Shown here: positions 10,537 through 19,216 of the stretch, one piece after another
Numbering within the stretch: the stretch's first letter is position 1
How the letters are laid out: each line of letters begins with the position of its first letter
Source: an uncultured Candidatus Micrarchaeota archaeon
GTDB lineage: Archaea; Micrarchaeota; Micrarchaeia; Anstonellales; J096
Reading direction: 5' to 3'
Assembly (NCBI GenBank): GCA_938083015.1
Contig: CALKCX010000008.1
Span: 11,196-75,195, forward strand
Length of the DNA: 64,000 nt
Program-made: the position numbers and the translations under genes
The notes under the pieces: model-generated
Database searches by the model: none
The model's input: only the letters and a program-made list of their open reading frames with translations
Told to the model about the DNA's origin: nothing

Positions 10537-11217
10537 ATGAATCTAGAAGATATTAAGAATATGATTGTCGGTGATATAGTATTTAGTTCTAATGTAGGAG
10601 AGACTTTAAAAAAATGGAGAATAATATTTAAAGTTAGACAGAAAGAATTGGCTAAGGCAATGGGAATAAATCAGTCAATGCTTAGCGATTATGAAAATGG
10701 TAGACGACGAAGTCCTAATATAAGATTTATTAGAACTTTTGTTGAAAGTTTAATAAATATAGATACAAATAAAGGTGGAGAAATATTAAAGAAAATTGTA
10801 AATACAAGTAGTTCAGATTACTTTGAAAGAAAAAACTTTTCAAAGAGCATAACAATTCGAGAATTTATAAAACTAATCAACGGTAAAACAATTGTAGATA
10901 CGGGCAACATGGATTATCCTTTATATGGTTATACTATAGTTGATAGTATTCGTGTTATATTGGAAATGCCCCTTGATGATTTTCCTTTATTGTTTGGAGG
11001 TATAGCAGATAGGGCAATGATATTTTTAGGAGTAAGTACTGGTAGAAGTCCTATGGTAGTCATTAGAGTGGCACCTATAAAACCTAAAGTTGTCGTTTTC
11101 TTAAACTTAGATAAAGTAGATGATCTAGCAAAAGCAATAGCTAAGAGAGAAGGAATACCTATAGTATCCACATCTTTATCTATAGATGAACTTAGATCGA
11201 TCTTGTCTAAAATATAG
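10537..11217 (+). CDS. Archaeal XRE-HTH transcriptional regulator (COG1709-like)
   Basis: LKKWR..F...QKELA...SMLSDYENGRRRSP HTH; GYTIVDS, VSTGRSPMV.IRV. Confidence 0.9.
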   Translation: MNLEDIKNMIVGDIVFSSNVGETLKKWRIIFKVRQKELAKAMGINQSMLSDYENGRRRSPNIRFIRTFVESLINIDTNKGGEILKKIVNTSSSDYFERKNFSKSITIREFIKLINGKTIVDTGNMDYPLYGYTIVDSIRVILEMPLDDFPLLFGGIADRAMIFLGVSTGRSPMVVIRVAPIKPKVVVFLNLDKVDDLAKAIAKREGIPIVSTSLSIDELRSILSKI

Positions 11218-11258
11218 ATTTAAAAAAGTTTATTATTAATTATAGGTTGTGAATAAAC

Positions 11259-11477
11259 ATGAGCAACGTGGATAGAAATAAACCTTATGATTATCTAAAT
11301 GCATGGTTAGATAAGCAAGTAAAGGTAAAACTAAAAGAAGGAAATGTAATAGAAGGAGTATTCGTAAGTTATGATATACATATGAATATAGTAATTCGAC
11401 AGAATAGAGAATTAGAAACCAGTCATATATTTATAAGAGGTGACAGTTTACTATATATTGAAAGACTAGATAGATGA
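11259..11477 (+). CDS. Sm-like (LSm/SmAP) protein
   Basis: Sm1 V.VKLK.G..IEG...SYDIHMNIV; Sm2 IFIRGD. Confidence 0.92.
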   Translation: MSNVDRNKPYDYLNAWLDKQVKVKLKEGNVIEGVFVSYDIHMNIVIRQNRELETSHIFIRGDSLLYIERLDR

Positions 11478-12136
11478 TAAAACTCATTTTAGAGAGAATA
11501 AAGTATGCTAAATTAGAAGCACCAGTTTATCGAATGAAAAATATAACAGATACAAAAGAGAAGAAATTCGTATCTGCTTTTTTATCTACAAGAACTAAAG
11601 ATGAGGTAACTTTAGAAGTAATATTAAGAATTTATAGTAATTATAAGACGATATGGGGATTAAATAAAGATACTATTCAAAATCTTATCAAACCTGTTGC
11701 CTTTTATAGAGTTAAGGCAAATAATCTTTATAGAATAACTCAAAAATATGAAGATATACCTGAAGATCTAGAAAGTCTATTGACAATGCCTGGTGTAGGT
11801 CTAAAGGTCGCCAAAGTATTTTTAGCTGAACTTGGTAAAAGTTACATTGGAGTAGATACTCATGTACATAGAATAGCTAATCGAATTGGTATAGTTCAAA
11901 CTTCTAATCCAGAGCAAACAGATAGAATATTGAATGAAATCGTCGAAGATAAATTAAAACCAGAATTTAATACTCATTTAGTTGCTTTAGGTCAAACTAT
12001 ATGTAAAGCTAGAAAAGTAAACTGTAGTATATGTCCAATTAGAGATATTTGTAATTATAATTTAAAAACATATGAACAATATAAACATGGGAAGGCGGGG
12101 GCTAGGGGGCCCCTACATCCGCAACATCCCCTTTAG
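11474..12136 (+). CDS. nth: Endonuclease III (HhH-GPD glycosylase with [4Fe-4S] cluster)
   Basis: LSTRTKDE, MPGVGLKVA, VDTHVHRI.NR, C-X6-C-X2-C-X5-C; 3' tail overlaps the SRP RNA. Confidence 0.93.
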   Translation: MIKLILERIKYAKLEAPVYRMKNITDTKEKKFVSAFLSTRTKDEVTLEVILRIYSNYKTIWGLNKDTIQNLIKPVAFYRVKANNLYRITQKYEDIPEDLESLLTMPGVGLKVAKVFLAELGKSYIGVDTHVHRIANRIGIVQTSNPEQTDRILNEIVEDKLKPEFNTHLVALGQTICKARKVNCSICPIRDICNYNLKTYEQYKHGKAGARGPLHPQHPL

Positions 12137-12342
12137 CGGGCCGAAAGAGGGGGTGTAATAGGATCCTCAATAAGATCGTGATAGATGATATGATTGGGAT
12201 AGATAAGGTAATAGCTCCCTATACCGAACCGGGTCAGGCCGATAGGAGCAGCCCTAAAGTATAGGGACTGTTTACCTTATCTTGACCATGATCATCGATT
12301 CGCGATCGATTTGAGGGAAATCCTATTGCTAACCCCTCTCCC
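12089..12342 (+). ncRNA. ffs: Signal recognition particle (7S/SRP) RNA, about 254 nt
   Basis: GC-rich island; 5' GGGA pairs with 3' TCCC; long helix 5 (AATAGGAT/ATCCTATT, CCTCAA/TTGAGG, AGATAAGGTAA/TTACCTTATCT, TCCCTATAC/GTATAGGGA); helix 8 GGGTCAGGCCGATAGGAGCAGCCC with the CAGG/AGCA SRP54 site; TTTAAAAA TATA at 12061. Confidence 0.93.
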
Positions 12343-12359
12343 AATTATAGGTGATAGAT

Positions 12360-12785
12360 ATGATCCAAGGAGCTGGAATCATATTGTTTAAGAATAATAA
12401 AATATTGATATTGAAAAGTGTCAAAGGTCATTATGATTTTCCAAAAGGTCATGTTGAACCTGGTGAAAGTTTATTAGAAGCTGCTATAAGAGAATTTGAA
12501 GAAGAGACCGGTTTAGACCATAAACATATAAAGATAATTGAAGATAAACAATATGTTATTGAATACTATGTAAAAGAACATGGTGAAATAGATTTAAAAC
12601 GGGTAACTTTCTTCTTGGCCGAATATCTTGGAGAAGATGATATAAGAATATCAAAAGAACATGAATCCTATGTCTGGTTAGATTTAAATGATGATTTAGA
12701 AAAAGCATTTAAATATAGACAGCATAAAGAGCTTGTGAAAAAGATTTTAAAGGATATTAGAGAATTACAAAAACATGGCCAATAA
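12360..12785 (+). CDS. Nudix hydrolase (Ap4A hydrolase-like)
   Basis: Nudix box GHVEPGESLLEAAIREFEEETGL; FPKG; S.EH. Confidence 0.92.
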   Translation: MIQGAGIILFKNNKILILKSVKGHYDFPKGHVEPGESLLEAAIREFEEETGLDHKHIKIIEDKQYVIEYYVKEHGEIDLKRVTFFLAEYLGEDDIRISKEHESYVWLDLNDDLEKAFKYRQHKELVKKILKDIRELQKHGQ

Positions 12786-13551
12786 TAAAGATAATTCTAT
12801 TGAAACATTGGTCAAAATGGCATATGATACAGACCCAAATGTTAGAATGTATGCTGCTGAACAACTTGGTGAATTAGATGAAGATCTTGCCTATCAAGTA
12901 TTGTTAGAATTAAGTAATGATAAAGATAATAATGTTAAAGAAGCGGCAAAGAAATCAATAGAGAAGTATAAACAAAGATATCAATCTAGAAATCCTAATC
13001 AAGTGTCTCCTTTGCTATCGACTATAAATCAGATAATAGCTAAACAGCAAGATTATATCGATGAGAATAAAATTGAAAATGAAGATGAAAAAATTCAGAG
13101 TTTTGATGTATTTAGCTATGTATACCAATCTTTAGATAGATATAGAGAAAAACCCCAGATAATGAAGAAGCATTTTGACAATCTTAGATCTTATTTATTA
13201 AGAGAACTTGATCTTATATATGAGCTTATAGAAAATGAAGATGCTTTTGATATTACTAAGATAAGAAATCGTATGAAAATATCGAATACAGGTGAGTTGA
13301 CAATAAAGAGTAAAGAGCTTAAAGAATTTGTTGAAAAGAAGAATAAGAAGAAGATAAATATGTATAGATTAATCGTAGAAGATCGATATGGTAGAGAAGG
13401 AGTAGTATATATAAATTACGATATGGGGCAGAAGCTTAATAAAGGTGATGTAATAAAAATAGTTAACTGTGAAGCTAGAACTATAAAAGGAACTGATGAA
13501 ACGGCAATATGGATATGGGATGAAGGGACAATAATATGGAAGAAATTATAG
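12775..13551 (+). CDS. HEAT-repeat plus C-terminal OB-fold-like protein
   Basis: N-terminal D.DPNVRMYAAEQLG / DKDNNVKEAA HEAT pair; C-terminal beta-rich LIVEDRYG...LNKGDVIKIVN resembles RPA/SSB OB folds. Confidence 0.55.
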   Translation: MANNKDNSIETLVKMAYDTDPNVRMYAAEQLGELDEDLAYQVLLELSNDKDNNVKEAAKKSIEKYKQRYQSRNPNQVSPLLSTINQIIAKQQDYIDENKIENEDEKIQSFDVFSYVYQSLDRYREKPQIMKKHFDNLRSYLLRELDLIYELIENEDAFDITKIRNRMKISNTGELTIKSKELKEFVEKKNKKKINMYRLIVEDRYGREGVVYINYDMGQKLNKGDVIKIVNCEARTIKGTDETAIWIWDEGTIIWKKL

Positions 13552-13913
13552 ATAAAAACAGTAAAATTCTAGTAATAGGTGTATCGGAAAATCGTAGTAA
13601 ATTTGGAACTAGAATTTTCTATACTTTGTTAGACAATGGTTATAATGTTTATGGTCTAGGTAGGAATAGTTTTCATGAAAGAGTATACACAATATTAGAT
13701 AAATTCGATTTCGATATCGCCATTATGGTAATTCCACCTAACTCTCAATCAGAGGTTATAGATAAGTTAGTGAATAGCAATGTAAAAATCGTTTGGTTTC
13801 AACCTGGTAGTGAGTGGGAAGAAGGTATAAGAAGACTAGAGAAAGCTGGCAAATTAGTAATATATGGAAAATGCATTATAGTCGATCATTTAAAACTTAA
13901 ATTTAGTTTTTAA
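13536..13913 (+). CDS. CoA-binding domain protein (YccU-like)
   Basis: VIGVSENRSKFG, VWFQPGSE, CI.V. Confidence 0.9.
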   Translation: MEEIIDKNSKILVIGVSENRSKFGTRIFYTLLDNGYNVYGLGRNSFHERVYTILDKFDFDIAIMVIPPNSQSEVIDKLVNSNVKIVWFQPGSEWEEGIRRLEKAGKLVIYGKCIIVDHLKLKFSF

Positions 13914-14193
13914 TACTTTCTAACAATTTTTTCAAATCTTCATTTGGTATTACTCGAAAAATGCCCATGATTTGATTTACATCTATATTAGGTGTTTTTC
14001 CTCTAAGAAGTTGTTCTTGTAACCATTTCATCTCTTCATTTACCCTTCTCCATTCTTCCATATTCTTAAATCTTAATCTTCCAGATTTGATAAATTCTAA
14101 TATTGTTACACATGAACCTTCATCAGATTTAGTTTTAATCTCAGGTCGATACTTAAAATTCTTATCGTCAATTTCTCTTTCTATTTTAATCAT
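13903..14193 (-). CDS. Hypothetical protein (orphan)
   Basis: 96-aa ORF filling the gap. Confidence 0.55.
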   Translation of the reverse strand: MIKIEREIDDKNFKYRPEIKTKSDEGSCVTILEFIKSGRLRFKNMEEWRRVNEEMKWLQEQLLRGKTPNIDVNQIMGIFRVIPNEDLKKLLESIKN

Positions 14194-14212
14194 GTTAATT
14201 ATTTACATAAAA

Positions 14213-15475
14213 CTATTTAAAAATGACACTTATTACAATGAGCAATAAAAATATTGATGTTGTAAATGTTAATATTTTATTAGAATGTTGATCAAATACA
14301 GTTTTTATAACTTGGCCCCCATCTAGTAAATACAATGGCAACATATTCGTAATTCCGACTATTAAATTAATTGAAAACAACATGAATAAAATATTATAGA
14401 TAAATTCTAAAATTGGATTATCGTAAATTGCAGTTAACGATGAAGATGGCAATGGGGCGTATTTTACATATCTATCTAATACGAATTTTCCATAATTTGT
14501 ATCTAATACAGAATCATTCTTGAAGAAAGCATTTACACATGGTTGTCCATCTATAGTTTTGATTATAACAATCTTATCTTTAATTACATCATTGCTTATA
14601 CACGCACCTTTTATAGTATAAGGTTCGGTAATTAAATAAAAGCCCCAAAACATGAGAAAAAACACCATACTAAAAAATATATTTATACCTACTCCGGCCA
14701 ATAGTATATCAAGTTTAGCTTCTCTATCTTGAAATTCTGAAAATTCTTGTTCATCAGGTTCTACAAAAGCACCAACAGGTATACCTCCATAGGTAATTAG
14801 ACCAGTACTTTTTATATTTATATTTCTCGATACTGCTATTACTGCATGTGCAAGCTCATGGACTATCATAACAAATCCTAAAGCAATTATAGATTCTATA
14901 AATGGTAACGTTATACCTGGAATTAATGGAGTGACCATGTTACTACTAACATATCCCTGGGCATCTAATTCAGATAAAACTCTTCTAAACCCGATTATTA
15001 TTGAATATAAAAACCAACCTACAATTCCAAATAATACCAATAGTAACCCGGCTATTATATTTGTTCCAGTTGATTGTACATAGTAAAATTTAGATAAAGC
15101 TATTTGATACATTAAAGATAATACTAAAAGCGTAAATAGAGATGTGATATAGACTATAAATTTATGTTTATAATTGCTTGGGAATAAAAAATAGGAGAGA
15201 AACCCAAACATTATATTGAAAGATACCCTTGATAAAAATGTGATAAAATCGTTTAACCATCTGTATTTTAATATCGTAATATTAAATCTATCTGTCCTAA
15301 TCATGTTGAATATCCCCATAACAGGTTCAAATCTATGAAATATGAAAATACCGTAACTACTTATTACTCCCCAGATTAGTATTATTAATAATAGATAAAT
15401 TCCTGGTAATTGATACTGTATTAATAAAAGTATTAATACGAATGTACTTAATATAAAGGCTATAATTCCAACCAT
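14213..15475 (-). CDS. Site-2 protease (M50) membrane metalloprotease
   Basis: HELAH, GAFVEPD, NMLP..LDGG, multiple TM segments. Confidence 0.95.
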   Translation of the reverse strand: MVGIIAFILSTFVLILLLIQYQLPGIYLLLIILIWGVISSYGIFIFHRFEPVMGIFNMIRTDRFNITILKYRWLNDFITFLSRVSFNIMFGFLSYFLFPSNYKHKFIVYITSLFTLLVLSLMYQIALSKFYYVQSTGTNIIAGLLLVLFGIVGWFLYSIIIGFRRVLSELDAQGYVSSNMVTPLIPGITLPFIESIIALGFVMIVHELAHAVIAVSRNINIKSTGLITYGGIPVGAFVEPDEQEFSEFQDREAKLDILLAGVGINIFFSMVFFLMFWGFYLITEPYTIKGACISNDVIKDKIVIIKTIDGQPCVNAFFKNDSVLDTNYGKFVLDRYVKYAPLPSSSLTAIYDNPILEFIYNILFMLFSINLIVGITNMLPLYLLDGGQVIKTVFDQHSNKILTFTTSIFLLLIVISVIFK

Positions 15476-16695
15476 TGTCCTGTTCCTATTGCAACAGCAT
15501 CATATCCTAACTCAGATCTAAGCTCTTCTTCAAATATATCAGAAGAATCAGAATGAACAAGTATTATCTTCTCAGGAGATACTTTATTAATATAGGCCAA
15601 TATGTCTTTTCTATCAGCATGTGCAGACAAATTAAAATGATATACGGGCAAGTCTACTTTAAGCTCAGTATTATCCAATTTTATCTTTCCATAATTTAAT
15701 AGTCTATACCCATTACTAGTCTTTACCTGGTAACCTGTTAATATTACAGAAGACTTTCTATTTAGATTAAATAAATAATGTATTGCTGGTCCACCTTCTA
15801 ACATTCCTGAAGATGAAACTATAATACCGGGTTTATCTGTAATCTTATGCCTCTTTACTCTATCTACTTCTTTCACATATTTTAGTTTTTTATCAAAAGA
15901 TTTATCTTTTAAATCATCTTTATAGCTTAGATATACTTTGTTTATCAATTTTCCCATACCGTCTACATATATAGGTACGCGGTCTTTGTATTTATCCACA
16001 AGTATCGATATCAATTCTTGAGTTCTACCTAATGCAAAAGATGGAAATAAAGCTACTCCACCATTATCTATCGTATTATCAACTACTTCAAAAATCTTCT
16101 CTATTTGTAATCTTCTATCAGTATGATCTTGATACCAATAAGTCGATTCTATTATCAATATATCTGCCTTAGGTGGATCTTTTGCCTTCTGTATTAATTC
16201 CGTATCTATATATTTAAAATCTCCCGTATATATTATTTTTTTATCTTTAATTTCAATATACGTAGATGCTGCTCCTAATAGATGTCCAGCTCTTATTGGT
16301 AATATCTTTACACCGTATATAGAATTCCATACATTATAATCTAATATTTCGACATTTTTCTTTACTTTTTCCAGATCTTTAATATTATAATCGGGTTTTC
16401 TATTATTAAGTTTAGCTACTTTTATATAATCCTTCCACATTACATCAGCTTCTAATAAAGTAGGTTTAGTTAGAAATATTGGAATATTGTTTAACACAGG
16501 TACATATCCAGAATGATCTAGATGTGCATGTGATAAAATAAGGAATTTTAGATTATCTTGTAATATTGGAAATTCTACAGATCTATCTTCGAGAATTTTT
16601 ACTCCTGCATCCATACCAAATCTAAGTCCATCGTGATCTATTATAATATGAGATCTTCCGACTTCTCTTCCAGCTCCACCGCAAAACAATTTCAT
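15460..16695 (-). CDS. Beta-CASP MBL-fold ribonuclease (aCPSF2-like)
   Basis: GAGREVGRS, SHAHLDHSG, AGHLLG, YTGDF, ESTY, SAHAD. Confidence 0.93.
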   Translation of the reverse strand: MKLFCGGAGREVGRSHIIIDHDGLRFGMDAGVKILEDRSVEFPILQDNLKFLILSHAHLDHSGYVPVLNNIPIFLTKPTLLEADVMWKDYIKVAKLNNRKPDYNIKDLEKVKKNVEILDYNVWNSIYGVKILPIRAGHLLGAASTYIEIKDKKIIYTGDFKYIDTELIQKAKDPPKADILIIESTYWYQDHTDRRLQIEKIFEVVDNTIDNGGVALFPSFALGRTQELISILVDKYKDRVPIYVDGMGKLINKVYLSYKDDLKDKSFDKKLKYVKEVDRVKRHKITDKPGIIVSSSGMLEGGPAIHYLFNLNRKSSVILTGYQVKTSNGYRLLNYGKIKLDNTELKVDLPVYHFNLSAHADRKDILAYINKVSPEKIILVHSDSSDIFEEELRSELGYDAVAIGTGQWLEL

Positions 16696-16715
16696 AAACC
16701 TCACTTTTAATAATA

Positions 16716-17243
16716 TTAATCTTTTAATAATCTTTTTCTTTTTAGATCTGATACTCCTTCTATTCTTTTAATGGCCTCATCCACGAATATATCTGGATCT
16801 TCTATAGCATCTAGCGAGAATTCACTAAGTTTTATATCAGTAGCAGCAGTCGAGATTATTACTTGACCAACATTTAATATTCTATGTATTATATCATATC
16901 TTATAGCTATGTTTTGTATTTTAATATAAGGTATTCTTTCTATTCTCTTAGTTATAATTCCGTATTTTAATACTAAGTTTTTATCAGTAAACATATAACT
17001 AAAATTTCTCCATTTTAATTCAATGTAAATATAATGCAATATTAGATAAAATATTAAAAATATTAGACCGATTAGTCCGTATACGAAAATTATATCTAAT
17101 ATAGGAAAACCTATCATTCCTAAGAATACCGATGCTAATAATATGACAATCAATGCTATTGTAGTAAAGCTTATTGCATTAAGCATCCATATTATTTTAA
17201 CTTTAGGTGATAATCTATATTCGACATTTAATTCTATTCTCAT
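16716..17243 (-). CDS. Membrane protein with bacterial PH (bPH_2) domain
   Basis: Two TM helices then Y.FTD..L...GI......IPY.KIQNI....I..RILNVG.V.ISTA. Confidence 0.85.
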   Translation of the reverse strand: MRIELNVEYRLSPKVKIIWMLNAISFTTIALIVILLASVFLGMIGFPILDIIFVYGLIGLIFLIFYLILHYIYIELKWRNFSYMFTDKNLVLKYGIITKRIERIPYIKIQNIAIRYDIIHRILNVGQVIISTAATDIKLSEFSLDAIEDPDIFVDEAIKRIEGVSDLKRKRLLKD

Positions 17244-17244
17244 A

Positions 17245-17472
17245 CTATTTAAATCGACTTTTCTCTTTTAAAACATTCTCTAAACGTTCAGCTAAATCAG
17301 TTAGTCTTAGTATACTGTTTACTATCTGTCTTGCCTTTACACTATTCCCGTGTATTTCTATTGATAATTTATCTTCATGTAACTCCATATTAAAGCCCCC
17401 AACTCTGTATATGGGGTAAAGTAAATTATAAATATGTTTTCCTTCATCATATTCAAATCTTATCTTTAGCAT
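17245..17472 (-). CDS. KEOPS subunit Pcc1-like protein
   Basis: 75 aa; L.IEI......R..VNSILRL..LAE resembles the Pcc1 C-terminal helix. Confidence 0.6.
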   Translation of the reverse strand: MLKIRFEYDEGKHIYNLLYPIYRVGGFNMELHEDKLSIEIHGNSVKARQIVNSILRLTDLAERLENVLKEKSRFK

Positions 17473-17753
17473 TTTAAATCAAATACTTTGTAATAACCTT
17501 TATTTGTATGTAATATAACTGCTGTTGGACAACTATCTAATCGAATATTAGTAGTATTGTAAACTTGATTGTCTGGAAAAACAGTTAAAGAATATATTAC
17601 AATTTCCTCATTATAATATATCTGTAAAGTACCGTTATTGAATAGTATCTTTATGCTCTGCCCAGTATTGTTAAAAAGTCTCTCTGATCCAAAGATACTT
17701 AAAAGTATTGCAAATAACATTAACCAAAAAGATAAAATGTATTCTATTTTCAT
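17466..17753 (-). CDS. Small membrane-anchored or secreted hypothetical protein
   Basis: N-terminal hydrophobic helix, beta-rich C-terminus with two Cys; ATGA-coupled to the upstream gene. Confidence 0.55.
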   Translation of the reverse strand: MKIEYILSFWLMLFAILLSIFGSERLFNNTGQSIKILFNNGTLQIYYNEEIVIYSLTVFPDNQVYNTTNIRLDSCPTAVILHTNKGYYKVFDLKC

Positions 17754-19168
17754 CTCACTTCACCGTTATCCGCATCATTATAACCGTATTCTGACATTAC
17801 AGCTTTCCACCAATTACCATTTACTTTCTTTAATTGTTCCTCAGCAGGCAAAGCTATATGTTCAGCTTCAACTACATGTCTTGCCAATACTAATTCTTCT
17901 TCATCTAATACAGCAAGGTCACCAGCAGCTCTTACTACTCCGCCGAGATATCTAAATCTTAATGTTAGACCATTGACCTTATCGTATCTCTTTGCTATTT
18001 TCTTAGACACATTTATAAGTTCATACAAGGCAGATATATGAAAATGGGGAATTTTAGCATCATTCTCTATTTCTTGTGCTACAAATTGATACGTTTTATA
18101 TATATTTTCTTCTGTTATAGGCATCCACGTATTTAATACTACTTCATATCCATATCCATTAATTCTACTTCTTAAAGCAGGATGTAAATTAGGCAAGTCT
18201 AATATGTTAATAGCACCTATAAGTATAAAATCACAAGGTACATTTTCTACTTTTACAACTGCCCCTGTTCCAGTAGTATTCTTAGCTACTATAGAATATT
18301 TTTTATCTTGCATTGCTGTTAACAACGCTCTTTGTATATTAGGTTCTAATGTAGATAATTCATCTATAAATAATACGCCTTCATGTGCCTCATGTACAGC
18401 ACCAGCTACTACTCTACTAAAATGAGGAGTCCCTAATTCTGGATGTGTTCCATATGGATCGTGTTCAACATCACCAAACAATTCAGATTCTGTCTTTGCT
18501 ATTACTTGGACAAACATCGATCTATCAAAAGGTACCAATACCTTTCTATCATTATTAGAATCTATTTTTCTTAGTATGTCTTCTGGTATAATATCTTTGA
18601 ATTCATATTTATAAACTTTCTCTCCATCTATAAAATATAACGTATTAATTGCCTCTCCTTCATTGTTGATATTTGGTCTAATTACGTAATTTTTCTTTTT
18701 AGGTGATTCGTAGAATGGATAAGAACTTCCTCTTTTCTTGCTACTACATTTCGGACACATATCTAAATTAGGTGCACTGTAATGTCCACAGTTTTTACAT
18801 CTTACATTTAGTTTCTCAGCTACATCTATAGGTAAAGCTATATAAGGTGGGGGTATTTCAGTAGGTTTTGTTATCGTATTATTATTTTCATTTTTTCTCT
18901 CTATTTTTAATATAGGTCTCTCTGGTCTAGAGGGGTTGTGTAGTATGACAATTTGCTCTTTTGGAGAAGGAAGAGTTGAAGATATGGCCTTTGCTATCAT
19001 GCTTTTTCCTACTCCTGGAGGCCCTACCAATAATAGATGTCTTCTCTGTTTAGCAGCTACCTTTGCCATTCTTATAGCATGATCTTGTCCAATTATTCTT
19101 TCAAATTCATCTTTCGGTACTGGTATATCTTTAGTCGAAAATATACTGTCAATGGTTTTTCTAAACAT
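17750..19168 (-). CDS. Archaeal LonB-type AAA+ ATPase lacking the protease domain, with a Zn-ribbon insert
   Basis: IIGQDHA, GPPGVGKS, LFGDVEHDPYG, GAVHEAHEGVLFIDE, HPALRSRI.GYG, LRFR.LGG.VRAAGD; CKNC...CPKC insert; ends after the helical domain. Confidence 0.88.
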   Translation of the reverse strand: MFRKTIDSIFSTKDIPVPKDEFERIIGQDHAIRMAKVAAKQRRHLLLVGPPGVGKSMIAKAISSTLPSPKEQIVILHNPSRPERPILKIERKNENNNTITKPTEIPPPYIALPIDVAEKLNVRCKNCGHYSAPNLDMCPKCSSKKRGSSYPFYESPKKKNYVIRPNINNEGEAINTLYFIDGEKVYKYEFKDIIPEDILRKIDSNNDRKVLVPFDRSMFVQVIAKTESELFGDVEHDPYGTHPELGTPHFSRVVAGAVHEAHEGVLFIDELSTLEPNIQRALLTAMQDKKYSIVAKNTTGTGAVVKVENVPCDFILIGAINILDLPNLHPALRSRINGYGYEVVLNTWMPITEENIYKTYQFVAQEIENDAKIPHFHISALYELINVSKKIAKRYDKVNGLTLRFRYLGGVVRAAGDLAVLDEEELVLARHVVEAEHIALPAEEQLKKVNGNWWKAVMSEYGYNDADNGEVR

Positions 19169-19216
19169 AAATGTATAATTGTTTATACTTTTTTTAAATC
19201 TTATCATTGTTATAAC

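Noticed and set aside
12089..12342. RNase P RNA or riboswitch as the identity of the GC-rich island
   Set aside because: No P4 GAGGAAAGUCC signature; the rod-like fold and CAGG/AGCA loop fit SRP RNA
17466..17753. Possible type IV pilin (MKIEY followed by a hydrophobic helix)
   Set aside because: No K/R-G/A cleavage site before the hydrophobic stretch, so class III processing is unsupported
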